Shown here piece after piece: positions 51,415 through 58,262 of a stretch of DNA of 64,000 nucleotides (position 1 is the first letter of the stretch; every line of letters begins with the position of its first letter). A program made the position numbers and the translations under genes. The stretch spans positions 2,191 to 66,190 of the forward strand of contig WRLH01000017.1 of NCBI GenBank assembly GCA_009777715.1. The letters are read 5' to 3'. The notes under the pieces are model-generated. The model saw nothing but the letters and a program-made list of their open reading frames with translations, did no database searches and was not told the DNA's origin. Origin of the DNA: Lachnospiraceae bacterium. Its GTDB lineage: Bacteria; Bacillota; Clostridia; Lachnospirales; Lachnospiraceae.

Positions 51415-52746
51415 TTATCTAGTTAACTCATCAATAATCGCAAAATAATCAGCAAAGGTTTTTGCCGAGCAAGCCGGGTTTTTGATGGTAATTTTGCCAG
51501 TTTTCAGTCCAATCAGCGTAAAAGCCATTGCCATGCGGTGGTCTTCGTATGTTTCGATTAAAAAGTTTTTTTCAAGCTCTTCTGCCAGCGGTTTGATTAA
51601 AATCCCGCTTTCATTTTCGATTAAATGACAGGTTACCCCCAACCGCGTAAGTTCTTGCCAAGCGGCCAAAAGCCGATCTGACTCTTGCTTACGGATATGC
51701 GCTACGTTGGTAATTTTCGTTTCTGTAAAAGCAAACGGTGCAATTGCCGCGTATGTCAGGACTTGGTCAGAAAAATCCTGCATATCGATTATCATGCCGG
51801 GGTATTTGCTTAAATGCCTTCCCCTTACCCAGATTCCCGCTTTGGTTTCTTCTAAATTGCAGCCAATTTTTTCCAATAAGAATAAAAATTTCAAATCGCC
51901 CTGCAAAGTATTAAGGAAGACATTTTTCACCAGGACATTAACCCTTAACAGCGGGGCAAGCGCGTAAAAATAACAAGCTGCCGAAAGATCCGGCTCAATC
52001 TGGTATTCATTAATGCCAAATTCTTTAGTTTGGCTAACATCATATCTGTTTCCGTCTTTTTTAGTTTCAATTCCAAAATCCGCCATCATTTTAAGAGTCA
52101 GGTTAATATATGCGCCATCGCTCCGTTCACCTGTCAGCAAAAGCCTAAGCCCTGTCTTCATAATCGCTCCGGTGAGTAAAAACGCGCTGGCAAATTGGCT
52201 GCTTATGTTTGTGTCAACGGAAATTAATGAGGGGACAGCCTGTTTTCCTAGTTCCGAAGTAATCTTAAGGGGAAAAAAACCTTCTTTTCCGAGGCATTTT
52301 ATTTCTACGCCCAGCGAACGTAAGATTTCAATGGCTTGCGCCATCGGCCGTTTTTTCATCTGCTTGGACGCTTCAATAATATATTCGCCGCCGCTAAGGC
52401 TAAGAAAAACCACCAGAAACCGGGCCGCTGTTCCGGCACTCCGTACATTTATCGTGGCTTTACGGACAGGAATTTGCCCCGCCAAGCCAAAAACGGTTAC
52501 TTCTTTTTTCTCTTCATTAATAAGAAGCTTAAAACCAAGCGCTTTCAGGCAATCAAGCATTGCCAAGGTATCATCACTAAACAGCACTCCTTTTAATAGG
52601 CAGCGTTTGGCGGAAATGGCCGCCAGCAGCAAGGCCCGGTTGGTAATGCTTTTTGAGCCGGGCACCGAAACCGTGATCTCTTTTCCGCCCGCATATTTTT
52701 TTACTTTGTATAAATCGTCCACGTGGTATATTATACATGATTTCAA
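51415..52746 (-). CDS. aroA: 3-phosphoshikimate 1-carboxyvinyltransferase (EPSP synthase)
   Basis: The motif VSVPGSKSITNRALLLAA and the length fit EPSP synthase. The start is uncertain: TTG 52746 in the track, or in-frame GTG codons a few codons downstream. Confidence 0.9.
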   Translation of the reverse strand: MKSCIIYHVDDLYKVKKYAGGKEITVSVPGSKSITNRALLLAAISAKRCLLKGVLFSDDTLAMLDCLKALGFKLLINEEKKEVTVFGLAGQIPVRKATINVRSAGTAARFLVVFLSLSGGEYIIEASKQMKKRPMAQAIEILRSLGVEIKCLGKEGFFPLKITSELGKQAVPSLISVDTNISSQFASAFLLTGAIMKTGLRLLLTGERSDGAYINLTLKMMADFGIETKKDGNRYDVSQTKEFGINEYQIEPDLSAACYFYALAPLLRVNVLVKNVFLNTLQGDLKFLFLLEKIGCNLEETKAGIWVRGRHLSKYPGMIIDMQDFSDQVLTYAAIAPFAFTETKITNVAHIRKQESDRLLAAWQELTRLGVTCHLIENESGILIKPLAEELEKNFLIETYEDHRMAMAFTLIGLKTGKITIKNPACSAKTFADYFAIIDELTR

Positions 52747-52761
52747 AAGCTAAGGCAAACC

Positions 52762-52790
52762 TTGACATGATTAAGCTGGCACAATATAAT
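52762..52790 (+). promoter_or_regulatory. Consensus sigma-A promoter for the DAHP synthase gene
   Basis: TTGACA (52762-52767), a 17-nt spacer and TATAAT (52785-52790), located 63 nt upstream of ATG 52854. Confidence 0.75.
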
Positions 52791-52853
52791 ATTGATGGTT
52801 ATTTTCTGCCCCCAGGCATTAATTAAGATTGGAAAGATTGGAGACAAAGAACC

Positions 52854-53882
52854 ATGTCATTTGATTTTATAAAAAAACTCCCCACCCCCGACATTATCCG
52901 GGTCGAATACCCCATTCCGGTTGAGCTTACCCGCATAAAAGAAGCGCGTGATGAAGAAATAAAAAAAGTAATTACTGGCGAGAGCAAAAAGTTTCTCGTT
53001 ATTATCGGCCCATGTTCCGCCGATAACGAAGAACCAGTCTGCGAGTATATCCGCCGCCTTGCTTCGATAAATGACAAAGTAAAAGACAAATTAATCCTTA
53101 TCCCCCGGATTTATACCAACAAGCCCCGGACAACAGGCGAGGGCTACAAAGGAATCAGCCACCAGCCCGACCCCGAAAAAAAGCCGGACTTCCTTGCCGG
53201 GCTGATTGCCATGCGGGAAATGCACATTCGCGCCATCAGGGAAACCGGGCTGACGGCCGCTGATGAAATGCTTTATCCGGAAAACTGGCGTTATGTCTCG
53301 GATATCCTTTCATATGTGGCAATCGGGGCGCGTTCGGTTGAAGACCAGCAGCACCGCTTGACGGTCAGCGGTTTTGACGTCCCCGCCGGAATGAAAAACC
53401 CCACCAGCGGCGACTTTACTGTCATGCTCAATTCGGTCCATGCCGCCCAGCAGAGCCATTCCTTTGTTTATCGCGGCTGGGAAGTTAACACGACCGGAAA
53501 TCCTTTGGCACATACTGTCCTGCGCGGAGCGGTCAACAACCTTGGCCAAAGCATTCCCAACTACCATTATGAAGATTTGCACTTGCTTCTTAGTTTATAC
53601 AATGAAAGAAATTTGGCAAACCCGGCTTGCATTATCGACTCAAACCACAATAATTCCAACAAGCAATACAAAGAGCAAATCCGGATTGTCAAGGAAGTTA
53701 TGCACAGCCGCAAGCTTAGCCCTGATATCCATCAATTAATCAAAGGGGTAATGGTTGAAAGCTATCTTGAAGAAGGGGCCCAGAAAATAGGCGAGGGGAC
53801 TTACGGCCGCTCAATCACCGACCCATGCTTAGGCTGGGCTGATACGGAAAGATTGATTTATGATATTGCGGATTACGAATAA
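52854..53882 (+). CDS. 3-deoxy-7-phosphoheptulonate (DAHP) synthase, class I
   Basis: 342 aa. IIGPCSADNEE, TNKPRTT and the overall pattern fit AroF/G/H-type enzymes. GGAGA lies 9 nt upstream. Confidence 0.9.
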   Translation: MSFDFIKKLPTPDIIRVEYPIPVELTRIKEARDEEIKKVITGESKKFLVIIGPCSADNEEPVCEYIRRLASINDKVKDKLILIPRIYTNKPRTTGEGYKGISHQPDPEKKPDFLAGLIAMREMHIRAIRETGLTAADEMLYPENWRYVSDILSYVAIGARSVEDQQHRLTVSGFDVPAGMKNPTSGDFTVMLNSVHAAQQSHSFVYRGWEVNTTGNPLAHTVLRGAVNNLGQSIPNYHYEDLHLLLSLYNERNLANPACIIDSNHNNSNKQYKEQIRIVKEVMHSRKLSPDIHQLIKGVMVESYLEEGAQKIGEGTYGRSITDPCLGWADTERLIYDIADYE

Positions 53883-54003
53883 ATCTTGCGGGCTAGAATA
53901 AGCTTGTTTTTTAGTTTTGATTGTAAAGATGTGGCAGAAAAGCCACGGCGTGTATCATTAATTTATCCATGCTCGTTGCAAAGTCTGGATACTTTCAATC
54001 TTT

Positions 54004-54900
54004 TCAGCGTCTTGGATGGGCCTTGGCATACATATCACGCATCCGGTTATGTTGCATATTGGCGTAAATCTGCGTTGTTGAGATATCAGAATGGCCAAGC
54101 ATTTCCTGCACAATCTGTAAATCCGCCCCATTTTCGATTAAATGCGCGGCAAAAGAATGCCTTAGCGTATGGGGAGTGATATCCGCGCTGATTCCGGCTT
54201 TTTTGGCATAAAATTTGATCAGCTTCCAAAATCCTTGCCTGCTCATGGGCTGGCCTTGGCAATTAACAAATAAAATTTCGTTTTCGGGATTTTCAATCAT
54301 CTGCTCTCTGCCGCCGCTTAAGTATTTGAGAATCGCTGTCCTTGCCGCGCTGCCAAAAGGGATAATCCGCTCTTTTCCGGTGCTTTTGCTTCCGTAAGAG
54401 CAAATAATATAACCCATCTGTAAATTTAGGTCTGTCATTTTAAGTGAAACCAGCTCCGTCACCCTGATACCTGTCGCATAAAGCAGTTCCAGCATTGCTT
54501 TATCGCGAAGCTCTTTAGGCGTCGCCCCGGCCGGCTGCTCTAATAAACGGATTACCTCTGATGTCGATAAAACATCGGGAGCTTTCCTTTCAATCCGGGG
54601 GGCTTTTAAAACATCTGAAACGTCAACCGCAATCATTCCCTCTTTCATCATATAATAATAAAAAGCTTTGATGGAAGATATGTTCCGGGAAATTGTGGCG
54701 GCGGAAAACTTATTTTTTTCAAGGAATAAAATATATGAATTAAGATTGGTCACGGTAATATCGGAAACATTGGCAATTCCTTGCTGTCTCATATAAAGAT
54801 TCACTTTATTAAGGTCACGGCGATAAGACATTGCTGTATTATCAGAAGTTTTCTTAGTATTATGTAAATAAGAAATGAATGAGTTGATTACTTGTTCCAT
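54004..54900 (-). CDS. xerD: Site-specific tyrosine recombinase XerD/XerC
   Basis: Contains the R...HxxR...Y catalytic set (ATGIRVTEL; HTLRHSFAAHL; LGHSDISTTQIYA). ATG 54900 (MEQVINSFISYL) is preferred over the longer track ORF. Confidence 0.85.
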   Translation of the reverse strand: MEQVINSFISYLHNTKKTSDNTAMSYRRDLNKVNLYMRQQGIANVSDITVTNLNSYILFLEKNKFSAATISRNISSIKAFYYYMMKEGMIAVDVSDVLKAPRIERKAPDVLSTSEVIRLLEQPAGATPKELRDKAMLELLYATGIRVTELVSLKMTDLNLQMGYIICSYGSKSTGKERIIPFGSAARTAILKYLSGGREQMIENPENEILFVNCQGQPMSRQGFWKLIKFYAKKAGISADITPHTLRHSFAAHLIENGADLQIVQEMLGHSDISTTQIYANMQHNRMRDMYAKAHPRR

Positions 54901-55064
54901 ATCTTTAAAAATCTCCCTGGTTTCCGGCTGGTAAGTTTTATTATAATCGCAATCGGCAAGAAATGCAAACACTAATTTCCTTTATTTTAAGCTATTTTCA
55001 GTCATTTTTTTCCAGATACAATATCTCGTAATTTTTATAAAAAATTACACAAGATATAGGCTGG

Positions 55065-55664
55065 CTAAAATATTTTTAATAATTCGGTCAGGATGATTGG
55101 GTTTACATAACTTTCCAAAATACTGCCAATTATGACAACTCCAAAAATCCATAATAAAATAGCCCCTTTCCTTAACAGGTAATGCTTTTGGGTTGGGGCC
55201 TTTTCCGTAACCCGGTTGGGGAAGTAAAATCTCATGCACAGCTGGCAGCCCCAGTTTAGAAGCATTATCCATGCCGGGACCAGCAAAAGCTGCTGGGGGA
55301 ATACTCCGGCAAAAAAAAGCAGGATTCCTTTAAAGCCATAGCGGATTACCGCGGCCGTCAGGAACATTCCGGTTAAGACTCCCTGCCAGGCAACAAACAG
55401 GTATGACGCGATAATGCCGATAAAGGTGGTGGAAAAAATAATTAAGATAAAGGCGGTTTTTAGTCTTTCAAAAAGGGTGTAGCGCAGCAGCATTGTGCCG
55501 TCAACATTAAGGTATTTGATCCGGCTTAGGGTGCTGGAGTTTAGGATTCCGCCATCACTTAGGAAATAGGTTTTGGCGATATTCATAATTAAAATGCCAG
55601 CAATGAAGCTGCCAGCAAATGTTAAAAGCCATTTAAGATAACGTTCGGTTTCTCTTCTTGCCAT
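55065..55664 (-). CDS. spoIIM: Stage II sporulation protein M
   Basis: 199 aa with five predicted TM helices and a C-terminal ILESYVNPIIL. Its position next to xerD is typical of SpoIIM. Confidence 0.6.
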   Translation of the reverse strand: MARRETERYLKWLLTFAGSFIAGILIMNIAKTYFLSDGGILNSSTLSRIKYLNVDGTMLLRYTLFERLKTAFILIIFSTTFIGIIASYLFVAWQGVLTGMFLTAAVIRYGFKGILLFFAGVFPQQLLLVPAWIMLLNWGCQLCMRFYFPNRVTEKAPTQKHYLLRKGAILLWIFGVVIIGSILESYVNPIILTELLKIF

Positions 55665-55742
55665 CGCATTCTCCTAGCTGTAACATTATATGCTGGCTTG
55701 TTCAAGTAATTCTCTTTTTTGCCCGGCTCGCTTTTGGCCTGC

Positions 55743-55768
55743 GTCATTGCGGCCTCCGAGCTGCAATC
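55743..55768 (-). repeat. REP-like hairpin (GTCATTGCGGCCTCCGAGCTGCAATC)
   Basis: Family member with one stem mismatch. Confidence 0.85.
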
Positions 55769-55800
55769 TGGGCCCGACCCGCTTTCATTATTTTAGTACA

Positions 55801-56041
55801 GTACATGAGTAAATAAATTTCTACGCCTGCCCGGGAGACTTCGAAATCAAAGGACTAAAATGCCCAATTTTCGGCCATAATTTGCTCCTCAATTGAGCAT
55901 TTTACACCTCTTGCATTTCACAAGCGTAGCTTGTGAAACTGCAAAAAACTAAAGTTTTTTATAAAAAGTGGAAATTTTAATTTCCACACTATGATTTTCT
56001 TGTCTCAAAGGGCAGGGCATAGAAATTTTTTGCTCATGTAC
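55801..56041. mobile_element. MITE-like nested palindrome, copy E2, interrupted by an ~85-bp insertion (55905-55989) that carries the AGTGGAAAT module
   Basis: The arms match 57266-57476. In E3 the right arm reads GCATTTTATGATTTC without interruption. In E2 the same site reads GCATTTTA[CACCTC...CCACAC]TATGATTTT. Confidence 0.75.
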
Positions 56042-56135
56042 TTTACAATCTAGCCAAGCCTAGCGGGTCAGGCGATTACTAAACACTTTACCTTGCGATA
56101 GAGAGTGCGATAAAATGTTTAAATCGCACTCTCTG

Positions 56136-56162
56136 ACTAATATGATTGTTGATAGGGATATA
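56136..56162. repeat. Left 27-bp inverted repeat of the XRE cassette
   Basis: ACTAATATGATTGTTGATAGGGATATA. It matches the reverse complement of 57083-57109 at 25 of 27 positions. Confidence 0.85.
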
Positions 56163-56254
56163 TTTTCTATCCTGTGGCAATAGGAGTGTTTTGGCAAACA
56201 GGGAGTGTATGACAAATAGGACGCTTGCCACAGCTACAACGCAAAAAATACTTA

Positions 56255-56935
56255 TTAGGCACGATGTTCCTCGCATAATAACGCAAATATATGCTTCACA
56301 TCCTCAGTTGAGTTAAGTCCGAGAGTTATGAAATGGCATTGTTTATAGTCTACGCCCTCAAATGTGTATATCATAGTGTAAGGACATTTATTGCATTGAC
56401 AGCTTTTGCAATCATTGCACCTGAAATTCGCCTTTATGTATTCCGGCATATCGTTGATAACATGCATATAATTTGAGCAGTTCTGCAAAGCGAGCCTTAC
56501 AACGATGTTGTCGTTTTCAATATCCATTCTGATGATAAAATCATCCTTATCTGGATTGTTGAATATTGAGCTGCAGCTGTTAAAAACTGCGTCAAATACA
56601 TTGTATTCGTTTTTGTAGCTTATCGTGAAGCTAAACCTATCTTTCATCTTTTGGTAAAGCAGCAACGCAAACTCACTGCTCTTACCGTCTACGGCATCCG
56701 CGAAGTCCTGAAAAGCTGTGTCTTGTGCGGCGAATGGCAAAAGCATCGAGTCTATCGAGCAATTCAATATCTGTGCCAACAACGGGAGCAGAGCCGTTTC
56801 AGGCAAAGTATGTCCATTTTCCCATTTGCTTATTGCCTGTGCGGTTATTCCGACTTTTTCAGCCAATTCCTCTTGTGTGAGTTTGCTTTGCTTACGCAAA
56901 GCGGCAATTTTATTGCCTACTGCCACGTTATCCAT
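56255..56935 (-). CDS. XRE-family HTH regulator fused to a Cys-rich C-terminal domain
   Basis: ATG 56935 lies 9 nt after GGAGG. The HTH is IAALRKQSKLTQEELAEKVGITAQAISKWENG. The C-terminus FRCNDCKSCQCNKCPYTMIYTFEGVDYKQCHF suggests a metal-binding module of unknown family. Confidence 0.7.
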   Translation of the reverse strand: MDNVAVGNKIAALRKQSKLTQEELAEKVGITAQAISKWENGHTLPETALLPLLAQILNCSIDSMLLPFAAQDTAFQDFADAVDGKSSEFALLLYQKMKDRFSFTISYKNEYNVFDAVFNSCSSIFNNPDKDDFIIRMDIENDNIVVRLALQNCSNYMHVINDMPEYIKANFRCNDCKSCQCNKCPYTMIYTFEGVDYKQCHFITLGLNSTEDVKHIFALLCEEHRA

Positions 56936-57031
56936 ACATAAAACCTCCAACTATAATAATTTTATAATAAATTAATTATAGCTCCTATAAACTCATTTTT
57001 CCATGTAATACAGGTTGTTTTTTCGGAAACA

Positions 57032-57052
57032 AACTTAACTTGAAGTTAAGTT
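57032..57052. promoter_or_regulatory. Perfect 21-bp palindrome AACTTAACTT-G-AAGTTAAGTT upstream of the XRE gene (candidate operator)
   Basis: Read directly from the sequence. It lies about 97-117 nt upstream of the XRE start, inside the inverted-repeat-bounded cassette. Confidence 0.4.
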
Positions 57053-57082
57053 CTGAAAATATAAATTTTATACGTACATCCT

Positions 57083-57109
57083 TATATCCCTATCAGCAAC
57101 CATATTAGT
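57083..57109. repeat. Right 27-bp inverted repeat of the XRE cassette
   Basis: TATATCCCTATCAGCAACCATATTAGT. Confidence 0.85.
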
Positions 57110-57124
57110 TTTGGTCTGCGTTAT

Positions 57125-57149
57125 GTCATTGCGGACTTGCTCCGCAATC
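57125..57149 (-). repeat. REP-like hairpin (GTCATTGCGGACTTGCTCCGCAATC), left end of the composite palindrome
   Basis: Family member. Its partner in opposite orientation is at 57667-57692. Confidence 0.9.
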
Positions 57150-57265
57150 TCACTATTCTGTTTACGTGTCACACGCACTCACCCGCACTCCGCGCGTGAT
57201 TTGCACTCCGCGCGTTTGAGAGCTGCCGATTCATCGCCCGACCCGCAATCTCATTATTTTGTAAA

Positions 57266-57476
57266 GTACATGAGCAAATAAATTTCTACGCCTGCCCGGG
57301 AGACTTCGAAATCAAAGACTAAAATGCCCAATTCTCGGTCATAAAAATAAATCGCGGCAAATTCCTATTTTATATACAGGAATCTTGCTCGCGATTTTTT
57401 TTATTTGGTCCTCAATTGAGCATTTTATGATTTCTTGTCTCAAAGGGCAGGGCGTAGAAAATTTTTGCTCATGTAC
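57266..57476. mobile_element. MITE-like nested palindrome, copy E3 (uninterrupted)
   Basis: GTACATGAGCAAATAAATTTCTACGCCTGCCCGGGAGACTTCGAAATCAAAGACTAAAATGCCCAATTCTCGG...central AAATCGCGG..CGCGATTTTTTTT hairpin...CCTCAATTGAGCATTTTATGATTTCTTGTCTCAAAGGGCAGGGCGTAGAAAATTTTTGCTCATGTAC. Confidence 0.75.
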
Positions 57477-57666
57477 TTTACAATCTAGTCAAGCCTAGCG
57501 GGTCAGGCGATTACTAAACACTTTACCGTGCGATAGAGAGTGCGATTCATAAGACCGACCCTTGAGAAAACGTCAAAACGATTCTCTCGGAGCGAAAGCG
57601 GGTCGGGCGGTGAATCGGCAGCTCTCAAACGCGCGGAGTATGAATCACGCGAAAACACCATAATGG

Positions 57667-57692
57667 GATTGCGGCTCGGAGGCCGCAATGAC
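57667..57692 (+). repeat. REP-like hairpin (GATTGCGGCTCGGAGGCCGCAATGAC), right end of the composite palindrome
   Basis: Family member, 9 nt downstream of the NUDIX stop codon. Confidence 0.9.
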
Positions 57693-57700
57693 GCACACTC

Positions 57701-58258
57701 TCAAACGCGCGGAGTGCGAGTTGCGAGCGAAGTATGGGCAAGATACGCCATAATCGCCGCAACTGTCTTTGAATCCTGAATCTCGCAAGCAAAAATCTTT
57801 TGGCAAAGCGAGTCAACATCATGAGCCTCTACATTGATATACTCGTCCTCGTCCAAATCCTGCTGGCCAGATTTTAACCCTCTCGCCACATAAATATCAA
57901 TTTTTTCATTGCAAAATGCCACCGTGGTATAAATAGAAATCAATAATTCGAAAGAATCAGCGGCATACCCGGTCTCTTCAAGCAACTCACGCCGCGCCGC
58001 TTCAATGGTCGGCTCGCCCTTATAATCAACGCAGCCCGCCGGAATCTCCAACGTATATCGCTCCAGGGCATTACGGTATTGGCGGACCATGATTAATTTT
58101 CCGTCATCACGCACCGCAATAACGGCAGCTGCCCCTTGGTGGTCAATAAAATCCCATTTAGCAATATTCCCATTCGGAATCTGCATTGTGTCCTCATAAA
58201 AATCAATCACATTCCCTTTGTGGACAAGGTCTCTTTTTAACCGCTTAATTTCTTCCAT
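57701..58258 (-). CDS. NUDIX hydrolase (ADP-ribose pyrophosphatase-like)
   Basis: 185 aa. The Nudix box is GCVDYKGEPTIEAARRELLEETGY. The last ~7 codons and the stop lie in a repeat module. Confidence 0.85.
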   Translation of the reverse strand: MEEIKRLKRDLVHKGNVIDFYEDTMQIPNGNIAKWDFIDHQGAAAVIAVRDDGKLIMVRQYRNALERYTLEIPAGCVDYKGEPTIEAARRELLEETGYAADSFELLISIYTTVAFCNEKIDIYVARGLKSGQQDLDEDEYINVEAHDVDSLCQKIFACEIQDSKTVAAIMAYLAHTSLATRTPRV

Positions 58259-58262
58259 GGCT

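Noticed and set aside
54004-54900. The tyrosine recombinase as an integrase marking a prophage or integrative element.
   Set aside because: The sequence and the spoIIM-adjacent context fit chromosomal XerD/XerC. There are no phage or conjugation genes nearby. It remains a conceivable trans-acting partner for the inverted-repeat-bounded cassette, but nothing in the sequence links them.
57205-57222. GTTTGAGAGCTG resembles the start of type II (Cas9) CRISPR repeats.
   Set aside because: It is a single occurrence inside a mosaic-repeat module, whose inverted partner is at 57612-57634. There is no array, no tracrRNA-like partner and no cas9.
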